64,000 bases of DNA, from contig JBBRLQ010000032.1 in assembly GCA_038231275.1 (NCBI GenBank), positions 21,042 through 85,041 on the forward strand, read 5' to 3'. Shown in pieces: positions 17,216 through 28,625 of the stretch. The notes beneath the pieces are model-generated. The model was not told the DNA's origin and ran no database searches. It worked only from the letters and a program-made list of their open reading frames with translations. A program made the position numbers and the translations under genes. Source of the DNA: Polyangiales bacterium (lineage in GTDB: Bacteria; Myxococcota_A; Polyangia; Polyangiales; Polyangiaceae). The first letter of the stretch is position 1. Every line of letters starts with the position of its first letter.

Positions 17216-18745
17216 ATGTCCAAGCACCTCTCGACCCACGTGGTCCTCGGTATCGCGGTTTCGTCCGCCTTTGCGTTCGCCCTCGGCTGCAGCAGCAGCA
17301 GCGGCGCGGACGGTGAGCCGTCGGCCGTAACGGCCGCCGACCTTCAAGGTGCGTGGAGCGACACGCCGCGCGCACATCACGGCGTCGTGGACCCCGGGGT
17401 GCGCGCGGGTGTCCCCGGCGCGGGCGGGATCATGACTGGCACGAACGCGAACGAAGCGGCGCTCTGGGGCGAGGGCCGCTTTCGATCGACCGAGGTCGAG
17501 GCCACGTGCGACACGTGCGCGGACTTCGATCCGGGCAGCCCCAAGCCGCCGGGCGCGCCCGACGACGCGACGAACTCCGCGGGGCTCGGCGCCCGCTTCA
17601 ACAGCAACACCTGCACGCCCGGCTGTCACTCGCAGCCCGCGCTCGGAGGCACGTCGCCGTTCAAGAACCCCTCGTTCGCCGCCGCGACGGCGAAGGGCGC
17701 CACCAACGTCGTCCCCTTCTTCGAGACGCTCGACGGCCCGACGCGCGAGGTCCGCTTCCAGTTCAACCCCGACGGCACGCGTGATGGCGGCGTCCACCAG
17801 AAGTTCAGCGTGCGCGGCCGCTCCGACGCGCCGTCGTGCACGAACCTCGGCCAACCCGACTTCGAGGCGAACCGCGGGAACATGTCGTTTCGGATCCCGA
17901 CTCCGATGTTCGGCCTCGGGATCATCGACTCGCTGCCCGATGCCGAGATCCTGAAGTACAAAGCGGCCAACCCGGGTCGTAAGCGAGAGCTCGGAATTCA
18001 CGGCGTCGCCAACACGAACGGCAACGACGGGACGATCACGCGGTTTGGCTGGAAGGCGCAGAACAAGTCGATCACGATTTTTTCGGGCGAGGCCTACAAC
18101 GTCGAGATGGGCGTCACCAACGAGCTCTTCCCGCAGGCGAAGGTCGAGAACTACGATTGCAACCTGGGCGCGGAGCCGAACGACGTGACGCGCACCGGAA
18201 CGTCCGGCGACTCGAACTTCAACAACCCGCTCGAGGTCATGTCCGACTGGATGATGTTCTCGCTGTTCATGCGCTTCACCGATCAGCCGAAGCCGGTGCC
18301 GTTCGACGCGAGCGCGCAGCGCGGCCTCGATGCGTTCAACCAGATCGGCTGCAGCGAGTGCCACGTTCCGTCGATGACGACGCGCTCGGGCCCCACCGGC
18401 CCGCAGTCGGACGCGCTCAAGGGCGTGACGGCGAACCTCTACTCGGATCTCCTCGTCCACCACATGGGCGCCGGTCTCGCCGACAACATCCTCCAGGGCG
18501 GCGCGGGCCCCGACCAGTTCCGCAGCGCTCCGCTCTGGGGCGTGGGCCAGCGCATCTTCTTCCTCCACGACGGGCGCGCGCGCTCTCTCGTCGAGGCGAT
18601 CCTCGCCCACTATTCGCCGGCGTCGCACGGGCACGGCAACTCGCCCGCCTATCCGGCGTCGGAGGCGAACCAGGTCATTCGCAACTTCGCGGAGCTCTCT
18701 GCGTCCGAGCAGCAGGACATCGTCAACTTCCTCCGCTCGCTCTGA
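17216..18745 (+). CDS. Di-heme oxidoreductase (DHOR/DUF1111-like, bCcP/MauG superfamily) lipoprotein
   Basis: Lipobox ALGC; GLGARFN, CTPGCH, RFGWKAQ, AYNVEMGVT, CSECH, YSDLLVHHMG and FRSAPLWG...LHDGRA motifs. Confidence 0.88.
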   Translation: MSKHLSTHVVLGIAVSSAFAFALGCSSSSGADGEPSAVTAADLQGAWSDTPRAHHGVVDPGVRAGVPGAGGIMTGTNANEAALWGEGRFRSTEVEATCDTCADFDPGSPKPPGAPDDATNSAGLGARFNSNTCTPGCHSQPALGGTSPFKNPSFAAATAKGATNVVPFFETLDGPTREVRFQFNPDGTRDGGVHQKFSVRGRSDAPSCTNLGQPDFEANRGNMSFRIPTPMFGLGIIDSLPDAEILKYKAANPGRKRELGIHGVANTNGNDGTITRFGWKAQNKSITIFSGEAYNVEMGVTNELFPQAKVENYDCNLGAEPNDVTRTGTSGDSNFNNPLEVMSDWMMFSLFMRFTDQPKPVPFDASAQRGLDAFNQIGCSECHVPSMTTRSGPTGPQSDALKGVTANLYSDLLVHHMGAGLADNILQGGAGPDQFRSAPLWGVGQRIFFLHDGRARSLVEAILAHYSPASHGHGNSPAYPASEANQVIRNFAELSASEQQDIVNFLRSL

Positions 18746-18804
18746 CCGAGATCGTCGCGCGAAATTCGATCTGGCGAGACCTCTTCCGTAGACTCGTCGA
18801 TCGG

Positions 18805-19638
18805 ATGATCCAACGCGCGCGCTTCGCGACGTTTGCTGCCGTCACCGCGGGGCTCGTCGTGGGTTGCGCCGACAAGAAGAAGGCGTCGCCGAGCGCCGAC
18901 GCAGGGGGCATGGACTCGGGGTCGCCGGACGCGGCGGGGCCCGACGCGATGAACGAAGGGAACGTGCATCGCTACGACGACGAATCTCTCGTCGACCGCC
19001 TGCCGCTCGTCGTGAAGGCGTCGAGCGCCTTGGTGACCTCGTCCTGTCCGAAGGGCGACGCGATCGCGACGCTGCAGCGTGGAGCGTCCGCGAACCAGCT
19101 CTCCGAACGGAATGGTTTCTATCGCGTGACGTTCGCCGACGACAAGGAGCCGACTCGACGGAAGATGGGCTGGATCGCTCGTTTCGCGTTCGATGACCCG
19201 GTGGCGCCGCCCAGGGCGATCGCGCTCCCGCGCTGCCCGACGACGATGGGGCTCCAGGTGACGGTGCTCGCGGAGGAGGGCAAAGCGCGCTGCGCGTACG
19301 AGTGCGCGGCGGACCGCGAGTGCCCGGGGAGCGCGTGCGAGGCTGCGGCCATCGTTCCGGACAACGGCGTGCTTCCGCCGGTGCCGACGTACACCACCGT
19401 CTGCAGTCCGCCGTCACCCGACGGAGGTGCAGATGCCGGGGCGCGCCGTCGATCGTACTTCGGCATCCCACACGCCTCGAACGGCAAGTGCCCAAAACTG
19501 TTCATCGACGCCCCCAAGGTCGGCGACCTTTGTTATCGGTTCTGCAAGTCGGATACGGACTGTCCGGAGCCCGCGACCTGCGGCGGGGTGCCCGCGGCTT
19601 CAGGAGCGGGGCAGGTGAAGCTGTGTTCTACGAATTGA
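18805..19638 (+). CDS. Cys-rich lipoprotein with SH3b-like domain
   Basis: Lipobox VVGC; IATLQRG...NGFYRVTF...GWI is SH3-like; Cys-rich C-terminal repeats. Confidence 0.65.
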   Translation: MIQRARFATFAAVTAGLVVGCADKKKASPSADAGGMDSGSPDAAGPDAMNEGNVHRYDDESLVDRLPLVVKASSALVTSSCPKGDAIATLQRGASANQLSERNGFYRVTFADDKEPTRRKMGWIARFAFDDPVAPPRAIALPRCPTTMGLQVTVLAEEGKARCAYECAADRECPGSACEAAAIVPDNGVLPPVPTYTTVCSPPSPDGGADAGARRRSYFGIPHASNGKCPKLFIDAPKVGDLCYRFCKSDTDCPEPATCGGVPAASGAGQVKLCSTN

Positions 19639-19786
19639 GAATGCACCTATTGCACCAGAAGCGCACCGGCGCGGTCAGGTTATCGCCGAGCCTTTCGAAC
19701 GTTCAGGTGGGGCGCCGCCTCACAAAACCGCGGTTTTCTTCGCTTGATTTCTCTCGTTCGGAAACCTCTTCCGGTATTCTGTCATC

Positions 19787-21691
<1,905 letters not shown>

Positions 21692-21703
21692 CAGGCAGGC
21701 AAC

Positions 21704-22198
21704 ATGCGAAGTGCGTTCGCGCTCTGCGTAGCAGCAGCGTCGGCGATGTGCTCCATCTCCGTCAGCAGCTGCTCGTCATGGACAGAATCGAATCTCGACG
21801 GCCCGCTCGACGCGGCGCCGAAGCCGCTCCCTGACGCCAACGGACGTCCGGTGAGCTTCAAGTTGGATATCCGTCCTCTGATGAATAGGAGCAACAGCGA
21901 TCCGTCGGGTCACGGGTGCAAAGTCTGTCACTACCCCGGCTTCTGGGGTGACAAGGGCACCGACTCCACAAACTTGGACCTTACGACGCTCGGTGCTTTA
22001 CGAAAGGGTGGGTTTCATACGCCCAACATCATCGTCCCCGGCGACCCCAAGAACTCGGCGCTCATCCAGAAGCTGCGCGGGCAGTTCACGATTGGCGCCA
22101 GGATGCCGAAGGACGGTCCCCCGTACTGGAGTGAAGCTCAAATACAGCTGGTCGAGCGCTGGATCCTAGAAGGCGCGCAGGGAGCGGACAACGAATGA
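21704..22198 (+). CDS. Monoheme c-type cytochrome (planctomycete cytochrome c-like), probable lipoprotein
   Basis: VSFKLDIRPL...CKVCH...IVPGDPKNSALIQKL...RMP...QIQLVERWILEGA. Confidence 0.82.
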   Translation: MRSAFALCVAAASAMCSISVSSCSSWTESNLDGPLDAAPKPLPDANGRPVSFKLDIRPLMNRSNSDPSGHGCKVCHYPGFWGDKGTDSTNLDLTTLGALRKGGFHTPNIIVPGDPKNSALIQKLRGQFTIGARMPKDGPPYWSEAQIQLVERWILEGAQGADNE

Positions 22199-22575
22199 AC
22201 AAGGCCCGAAGTCGAAGACGAGAAGTAGGGCGCAAAGTGTCGGGATTGCTCTTGGGGGCAGGCTGGATTTTCGGCCTCGTCGCGTGCAGCGGCAGGCCGC
22301 CTCCCGAGTCGATCACACCCGTGTCCGATACCCAGCTCACGCCGGAGCTCAGGGCGGACTACGACGTCTTTGCGCAGAGATGCTCGAAGTGTCACTCACT
22401 CGCAAAACCGCTCAATAGCCACGTGGACGACGACCAAGTCTGGATTCGTTACGTGGCCAAGATGCGGAGGCAGCCCGCGAGCGGAATATCCGAACGGGAT
22501 GGCGAAGCAATCCTTCGATTCCTGCACGTGCTCGTCGAGCAAGAGCGTGCAAAAAACGCGGAGAAATCCAAGTGA
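22195..22575 (+). CDS. Small monoheme c-type cytochrome lipoprotein
   Basis: Lipobox LVAC; CSKCH; W..YVAKM distal Met candidate; ATGA overlap. Confidence 0.82.
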   Translation: MNKARSRRREVGRKVSGLLLGAGWIFGLVACSGRPPPESITPVSDTQLTPELRADYDVFAQRCSKCHSLAKPLNSHVDDDQVWIRYVAKMRRQPASGISERDGEAILRFLHVLVEQERAKNAEKSK

Positions 22576-23762
22576 GACACGCGCGCTATCTCGTACTCCT
22601 CATCGGCGCGATGTTCATCGCGCTCGTCGCGGGCAGCGGCGAAGCGCTGGCCGTGGACCGCACCTTCGCCGGGTCCGCGCAGATCGACTACCACTTCGTC
22701 CCCACCATGAGGAACGCCAACGCCAACGTCGTTCCGACCGGGCAGGGCTCGTACACGTTCGACTCGTTCACGATCGAGACCGCCCTCAAGGTGGCCGTCG
22801 ACGTCAGCGATCACATCTCCGCCAACGTGAAGGTGTGCTTCGGCTGCCACGGGTTCGAGACCGACATGGCGTACTTCGACTTTCGCGCCGTCGACGAGCT
22901 GAACCTCCGCGCGGGTCGCTTCAGCCCCAGCTTCGGATCGTTCAACCTGCGTCACGATCCGGCGAACCACAAGCTCAGCGACAAACCGCTGGCCTACGAC
23001 ATGGGGCGCATGCTCCGCCGCGTCGACTGGAAGATGGGCGTCCTCCCGTCGCCGTTCCCCGACAACGGCGTCGAGATCAACGGCACCCACTGGTTCGGCG
23101 ACAACATCCAGCTCGACTACGCCACCTACGCCGTCAGCGGCTTCAAGGCGTCGAAGGACGCCCCCGAGCTCGACTGGATCACGTCGCGCTCCGGCAACGC
23201 GTACTACGTCGACAACAACGGTCGGCCGACCATCGGCGGGCGCGCGGCCCTCACTGCCAAGCTCTCGCCGGTGAGCGACCTCACCGTCGGCGGCAGCGCC
23301 ATGTACGGCACCTACGACGCCGGCAACGACGTCTGGTACGAAATCCTCGGCGCCGACGCGACGCTGCGGATCGTCCGGACCGCCATACGCGCCGAATACC
23401 TAGTACGAAGGCAGTCGTTCGACACCACCGCGCAGGCCAAGTTCAGATACCTGATCCCGGCCGGCGCGCAGTACGACTACTTCTCGAAGCACGGCGCGTA
23501 CCTCGAGATCGAGCAGCCGCTCACACCGAAGTTCGACCTCATCGGGCGAGGGGACGTGCTCTTTCGGTTCGGCAACGTGCAGAACGGAACGCCGCTGTCG
23601 CAGAAGAGCTCGATCGCGCGCGGAACGCTCGGCGTCGCGTACGCCGTCGAGCAGAACCTGCGCTTCAAGGCGTCGGGCGAGTTCTGGGCGTTCTCCGACG
23701 AGGACTCGCGCGGCCACGACAAGGAGCTCACGTTCCACTTGAGCGCGGTCGCGACGTTCTAG
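22572..23762 (+). CDS. Outer-membrane beta-barrel (porin-like) with internal CFGCH motif
   Basis: Signal peptide ending ALA; alternating amphipathic strands (AYFDF...LNLRAGRF); C-terminal LTFHLSAVATF; CFGCH at 22836-22850; GTGA overlap. Confidence 0.8.
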   Translation: MRHARYLVLLIGAMFIALVAGSGEALAVDRTFAGSAQIDYHFVPTMRNANANVVPTGQGSYTFDSFTIETALKVAVDVSDHISANVKVCFGCHGFETDMAYFDFRAVDELNLRAGRFSPSFGSFNLRHDPANHKLSDKPLAYDMGRMLRRVDWKMGVLPSPFPDNGVEINGTHWFGDNIQLDYATYAVSGFKASKDAPELDWITSRSGNAYYVDNNGRPTIGGRAALTAKLSPVSDLTVGGSAMYGTYDAGNDVWYEILGADATLRIVRTAIRAEYLVRRQSFDTTAQAKFRYLIPAGAQYDYFSKHGAYLEIEQPLTPKFDLIGRGDVLFRFGNVQNGTPLSQKSSIARGTLGVAYAVEQNLRFKASGEFWAFSDEDSRGHDKELTFHLSAVATF

Positions 23763-23793
23763 GTCAGGACGAAGCGCGAGCTCCGGCTCGGCG

Positions 23794-23828
23794 AAAGGCG
23801 GCGGCGCACGGGCGTCGCCGCCTTTTTT
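23794..23828 (+). terminator. Rho-independent terminator
   Basis: AAAGGCGGCGGCGC-ACGG-GCGTCGCCGCCTTTTTT hairpin plus T-run between convergent genes. Confidence 0.85.
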
Positions 23829-25046
23829 CTATTCCGCGTACATCGTGATGTCGGTCGCGGCTTCGTGGGCGAGCTGGCACGCACGCTCCCAATTCGGGTG
23901 GCGGAGGAGGATGTACCCGTCGGAGACGAGCGTGGCCTTCCAGTTGCGGCGCGGCGTGCCGATGGGCAAGAGGCGCTCCTCCACGACGTGCTCGTCGTAG
24001 CGGCGCATGAACTCCGCGAGGCCGTCCACTCGAGAAATTCTGCCCCTTCCGATGGCGCGCTTGAACACGATCGCCACGTTGTACTTTCGTACCGTCGGCG
24101 CGCGGAACTCCCCGAAGCACACCGCGCGCGCCCACTCGCGGAAGAGATCGATGTCGCACGTGTAGTTCATCTGGTCGACGAGGTGCGCGCCGCCCGGGCG
24201 GCAGCCGATTTCGCCGAAGACGACCTCGCCGCTCGGCTTCCGGAACCACTCCATGTGGGTGAAGCCCTCGCCCATGCCGAGCGCCGTGAGGACCTTGCGG
24301 CCGAGGCCGATTCCGCCGGCGAGCGCCGCCTGATCGAGGTTTCTCACCGTCACGATGACGGGGCTGATCCACTCGTTGGTACGGGCGATGAGGGGCTTGG
24401 GCAGGTACTGGGCGACGTTCGCGAAGGCCGGCTGCCCGCCGATGCTGACGGTGTCGAAGGTGAACTCCTCGCCGTCGATGAACTCTTCGCAGCTCGCCTC
24501 GCCCACGTGGAGCATCTTCCCGAGGGTCGCCTCGAGCTCCGCGTCGTCCTCGACCTTGTACGTGTCGGCGCTCCCGGCTCCGGAGATCGGTTTCAGGATG
24601 AGGGGGTAGCCGATGCGCTCGGCGGCTGCGCGCGCGTCGGTCACGGTCTTGACGCGCGCCGAGCGAGGCACGCGGAGGCCCGCGGCGGCGACACGCTCCT
24701 TCATGAGCTGCTTGTCGCGGAAGCCGTTCACCGCGTCGACGCTCATCCCCGGCAGCCGGAAGCGCTCTCGCAGGCGCGCGGCGGTGAGGACGAGCACCTC
24801 CCAATTCGCCAGGACGCGATCGACGCTGCGCCCCTTCAGCCACGCGGTCACGCGCGCCACCACGTCGTCCTCGTCGAGGATGCGGGGAACCTGCAAGTAG
24901 TCGGCGAGGTGCTCTCGCACGCGGGCGGGCAGCGCGCCCTGCGGCGTGTCCCCGACGCCGTACACGTCGACGCCAATTTCGGCCAGTCCCCGCGTGTATT
25001 GCTGCATTTCAGGCGGGTAGCTGGGCGCGAGGAACACAGCCTTCAT
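23829..25046 (-). CDS. ATP-grasp amidoligase (paralog 2)
   Basis: RDKQLMK, GYPLILKPISGAGS, EEFIDGEE, THMEWF and EIGCRPGG motifs. Confidence 0.9.
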   Translation of the reverse strand: MKAVFLAPSYPPEMQQYTRGLAEIGVDVYGVGDTPQGALPARVREHLADYLQVPRILDEDDVVARVTAWLKGRSVDRVLANWEVLVLTAARLRERFRLPGMSVDAVNGFRDKQLMKERVAAAGLRVPRSARVKTVTDARAAAERIGYPLILKPISGAGSADTYKVEDDAELEATLGKMLHVGEASCEEFIDGEEFTFDTVSIGGQPAFANVAQYLPKPLIARTNEWISPVIVTVRNLDQAALAGGIGLGRKVLTALGMGEGFTHMEWFRKPSGEVVFGEIGCRPGGAHLVDQMNYTCDIDLFREWARAVCFGEFRAPTVRKYNVAIVFKRAIGRGRISRVDGLAEFMRRYDEHVVEERLLPIGTPRRNWKATLVSDGYILLRHPNWERACQLAHEAATDITMYAE

Positions 25047-25069
25047 GGGGCGCATGCTACAACGGGGTC

Positions 25070-26284
25070 ATGCGCAACGTCCTGTTCGTTGCTCCGTTCC
25101 CCCTCGAGATCACGATGCGCTTCGCCCACGCGGCGGCCGCCATCGACGACGTGCGTTTCCTCGGCATCATGCAGGAGCCGCCCAAGGGCGACGACGCAAG
25201 GCTCTTCTCCGACATCGTTTTCGTGAAGGACGGGCTCGACCCGCGCCAGCTCATCGAGGCCGCGCAGCTGCTGAGACAGCGTCACGGCGACGTGCATCGC
25301 GTCATCGGCATCCTCGAGGCGCTGCAGGTGCAGATCGCCCAGGTGCGTCGCGCGCTCGGCGTGCCGGGGCCGAGCCCGGAGACCGCCGAGCTCTTTCGCG
25401 ACAAGTCGCGCATGAAAGACGAGCTCCGTCGTCACGGCCTCCCGTGCGCACGCCACAAGCTCGTTCGCACGTGGGCCGACGCCGAGGCGTTCGCGTCCGA
25501 GGTGGGCTTCCCCATCGTGGTGAAGCCGCCCGCCGGCATGGGGTGCAAGGCGACGTGGCGAGTCGGCTCCCTCGACGACCTGCGCGGCGCCGTCGCGGCT
25601 CTTCATCCCTCGAACGATCGCCCGGTGCTCGCTGAGGAGTTCTTGAAGGGCAAGGAGCACAGCTTCGAGACCATCACGGTGGGCGGCAAGGTCCGCTTCT
25701 CGTCGATCTCCCGGTATTTCCCGACGCCGCTCGAGGTGATGGAGACGCCGTGGATCCAGTGGGTGTGCATCCTGCCGCGCGTGATCGACGGGCCGGACCT
25801 CGAAGACATCCGCGAGCTCGGCACCCAAGTCGTCACCACGCTGGGGCTCGAGACCGGCTTCACGCACATGGAGTGGTTCCGAAAGTCCGACGGATCGCTC
25901 GCGATCGGCGAGATCGCCGCGCGCCCGCCAGGCGCCAACATGGTTCGGATGAACAGCTTCGCCTACGACGTGGACATGTACCGCGCGTGGGCGCGCGCGG
26001 TCGTGGACGACGCGTTCGACGGCCCCTGGGAGCGGAAATACGCGGTCGGCTGCGCGTTCTTGCGCGGCGTGGGCCAAGGCCGCGTGAAGCACGTCGGCGG
26101 CGTCGACAAGGTGAACGAGCGCGTCGGAAGGTACGTCGTCGAGTCGCGCCTCCCGCAGCTCGGCGCCTCGCGGTCGGACAGCTACGAGGGCGACGGGCAC
26201 GTCATCGTGCGCCACCCCGACACCGAGTTCGTGAAGGCGGCGATGCAGACGATCATCGAGACGATCCAGGTCCAGTACGGCTGA
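25070..26284 (+). CDS. ATP-grasp amidoligase (paralog 3)
   Basis: RDKSRMK, GFPIVVKPPAGMG, EEFLKGKE, THMEWF and EIAARPPG motifs. Confidence 0.9.
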   Translation: MRNVLFVAPFPLEITMRFAHAAAAIDDVRFLGIMQEPPKGDDARLFSDIVFVKDGLDPRQLIEAAQLLRQRHGDVHRVIGILEALQVQIAQVRRALGVPGPSPETAELFRDKSRMKDELRRHGLPCARHKLVRTWADAEAFASEVGFPIVVKPPAGMGCKATWRVGSLDDLRGAVAALHPSNDRPVLAEEFLKGKEHSFETITVGGKVRFSSISRYFPTPLEVMETPWIQWVCILPRVIDGPDLEDIRELGTQVVTTLGLETGFTHMEWFRKSDGSLAIGEIAARPPGANMVRMNSFAYDVDMYRAWARAVVDDAFDGPWERKYAVGCAFLRGVGQGRVKHVGGVDKVNERVGRYVVESRLPQLGASRSDSYEGDGHVIVRHPDTEFVKAAMQTIIETIQVQYG

Positions 26285-26991
26285 TCAGAAGAGGTTGACC
26301 TCGCCTCCGACGGCGATGTTTCGGGATCGCGCGGCGACGGCCTCGACCTCCCGCAAGGCCTGCGCCATGCGATGTTGGCGAGCTGCGCGTTGACGTCGGC
26401 GGCCAGCGCGCCGTTCTGTTGGCGCAGGTCGCGCGTGCGCTCCTCGATCGCGGGGATGATGTCCTTTAGCGCCGAGGCGAGCTCCGCGACACGCCCGTTC
26501 GCGGACTGAACCTGACCGCTCAGCGTCCGCATGCTGTCTGCGATCGTGGCGAACGCCGCGCCTTCTTTACCGTTCCGCGCCGACTCGATGCGCGCGTTCA
26601 GCGTGAGCTACCGCGAGCGCGCGCGCGATCGCGTCGATCTCGCGCGAGAGATTGTGATTTCCTTCGCGCACCCTCCGGCGCGCGTGGCGCCGTCGTGCTG
26701 TTCGGTGAGCCCGCGGTCCATCGCGGCCACGTACGCGCCCATCGTCCGTCGCTGCTGCTCCAGCGCACTCGAGAGCGTCGCTCCCCCCGGCACGTCATGG
26801 AACTGAGCGTGCAAGCCGTCGAGCGCGACGACGTGCTCCTGCGCGTCCCGGTTCATGTCCGTGATGTTCTCCGCGGCAGCGAGGACCTCCTCCTCGCTGA
26901 GCGAGATGGAGTGATCGATGAGCGCGCGGATTCGGGATTCGCACAGCTCCGGCTCCTCCGCGATTGCAGCAGACAGGTGAGCGAGGGTCAC
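26285..26991 (-). pseudogene. Disrupted soluble methyl-accepting chemotaxis-like protein
   Basis: In-frame TAG (26608-26610) sits directly before LTLNARIESARNGKEGAAFATIADSMRTLS (MCP signature). LSREIDAIAR and the C-terminal GGEVNLF* lie in other frames. Confidence 0.75.
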
Positions 26992-26997
26992 GACGCG

Positions 26998-27357
26998 TCA
27001 ACCCGCGAGCTTCTTGACCGCCGCAACGAGCAGCTCGGGCTTGAACGGCTTGATGATCCAGCCCTTCGCGCCCAGTTGCTTGGCCTTGGTCACGAGCTCC
27101 GGCTGCCCTTCGGTCGTGAGCATCACGATCGGGAGGTTGCGAATTTTCATCGCGCACGCAACGAAGTCGATCCCGTTCATCCGTGGCATGTTGACGTCGC
27201 AGATGACCATCGCGATTTGTGGATTCGCGGTCACCTGGTCGACCCCGTCCTGACCGTCGCAGGCTTCGAGCACTTCGTAGCCGGCCTCCTTCAACGCGAG
27301 GCCAACCTGCTGCCGTACCGGCTTCGCGTCGTCTACCACCAATACCGTCTTGCCCAT
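26998..27357 (-). CDS. cheY: Single-domain response regulator, CheY-like
   Basis: VLVVDD, CDVNMPRMNG, MLTTE and WIIKPF motifs; adjacent to an MCP remnant. Confidence 0.9.
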   Translation of the reverse strand: MGKTVLVVDDAKPVRQQVGLALKEAGYEVLEACDGQDGVDQVTANPQIAMVICDVNMPRMNGIDFVACAMKIRNLPIVMLTTEGQPELVTKAKQLGAKGWIIKPFKPELLVAAVKKLAG

Positions 27358-27598
27358 GGATCCTCTCCTCTGCTGCTCGAGCTGTCCTCTCTGGCGGTGG
27401 GGCCGAGGGCATCACCGTTCGCATCGCAAGCACCGAGCCAGGCGGCGGCCCTCGCCGGGTCCAAGCGTTTCGTGGCTCGGCGTCGTCGAGCGTCACGCGC
27501 TTGGCGGTGACCGGCGCCAGTCGGACCACGATGGCGAACGGTCGCGCAACTCTTGCGGGCGGCCGGCGCGACCGGAGTGGACGCCATAGGCTCTGGAG

Positions 27599-28528
27599 GT
27601 GACGCACGTGGGCACAGTGCTGGACGTAACGGTGCTCCTCGCGCTCGCCGCCGCCGGGGTCGTCCTCGCACTACGCCTCCACGCGCCTCCGGCGTACGGC
27701 CCGGCCAGAGCATCGACGTGGCTCGCGCACCCGTTCACCCAGCTCACCCTCATGTGCGGCCTCGTGCTCCTGAACCAGCTCGCGCTCGACGGCTTCGTGC
27801 GCGCCGAGCTCCTGGAGCTGCCGCGGCTGCTGTTCGCATACCTCTCGATCGCGCGGCTCCTCGACCGCGCCGTCTATCGCACGCTCGTGCGGCCGGGGAC
27901 GCTGATGCTCGCGTCGATCGCGTACGCCGTTCCACGTGGCCTCGCGGAGACGAGCCTCCCCAACCCGTGGACCCACGAGGACATGGTGGTGTGGTTGATC
28001 GCGTGCGTGGCCGCGCCCGTGTGGATCATGTGGGTCGCGCGCGGCGAGCGAGGCGGGACCGAATTCCCGGGCAGCGAGTCGAGGCCCACGGGGATCGTCG
28101 GACTCGCAACGTTCGTGACCGGCGCGCTCGCGACGTCGTACTTGATTCGCGTCATGTACGACGTGACCTTTCTCACCAACCTCCGGCATCTCTCGGCGGC
28201 GCGAGGGCCGCTCGTCGCCGCGTGGTCGGCGGCGGCCCTCGCGCACGTGGGCGACGGCAGGTTCGACGGCTTCGTACACCGGCTCCGTACCGCGACGCAC
28301 GAAGCGTCGCCGCCCGCGTCGTTCCTCGTCCGCGTTGCGACCCGCGCGCTCGCGTCGTTCACGGTGCTCTTCTTTCTGCCGTCGCTCGCGCTCTGCTCGA
28401 GCGGAGGTCGGCCGCTCGCGCCTGTGGTGGTGGTCGTAGTCGTCCTCATCGCGCTGATCCTCGGCGTGGTGCTCGAGTGGGCCGGCGGTCGTCCTCCTTT
28501 GTCGTCGGCGGCACGACGACCGTGTTGA
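27599..28528 (+). CDS. Multi-pass membrane protein of unknown function
   Basis: Several hydrophobic segments; GC3-biased frame. Confidence 0.6.
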   Translation: MTHVGTVLDVTVLLALAAAGVVLALRLHAPPAYGPARASTWLAHPFTQLTLMCGLVLLNQLALDGFVRAELLELPRLLFAYLSIARLLDRAVYRTLVRPGTLMLASIAYAVPRGLAETSLPNPWTHEDMVVWLIACVAAPVWIMWVARGERGGTEFPGSESRPTGIVGLATFVTGALATSYLIRVMYDVTFLTNLRHLSAARGPLVAAWSAAALAHVGDGRFDGFVHRLRTATHEASPPASFLVRVATRALASFTVLFFLPSLALCSSGGRPLAPVVVVVVVLIALILGVVLEWAGGRPPLSSAARRPC

Positions 28529-28530
28529 TC

Positions 28531-28569
28531 GCTGCTCGAATTGCGCAACGGTCGCGCAATTCGAGCAGC
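28531..28569. repeat. Perfect 16-bp inverted repeat (terminator or regulator site)
   Basis: GCTGCTCGAATTGCGC-AACGGTC-GCGCAATTCGAGCAGC. Confidence 0.8.
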
Positions 28570-28597
28570 CCCCCGCGAAAATTCCGAGAAATCGCGG

Positions 28598-28613
28598 TGG
28601 ACGCGATTTTGCA
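28598..28613 (+). promoter_or_regulatory. Putative sigma-54 promoter
   Basis: TGGACGCGATTTTGCA (GG-N10-GC) 12 nt before the ATG at 28626. Confidence 0.5.
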
Positions 28614-28625
28614 ATCGAGGGCGTC

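Noticed and set aside
17507..17525. CDTC as a third heme-binding site in the di-heme protein
   Set aside because: It is followed by Ala rather than His, so it is not a c-type heme motif.
26608..26610. Possible amber readthrough or pyrrolysine codon in the MCP-like gene
   Set aside because: Additional frameshifts on both sides point to decay or sequence error, and no pyl genes are in the window.
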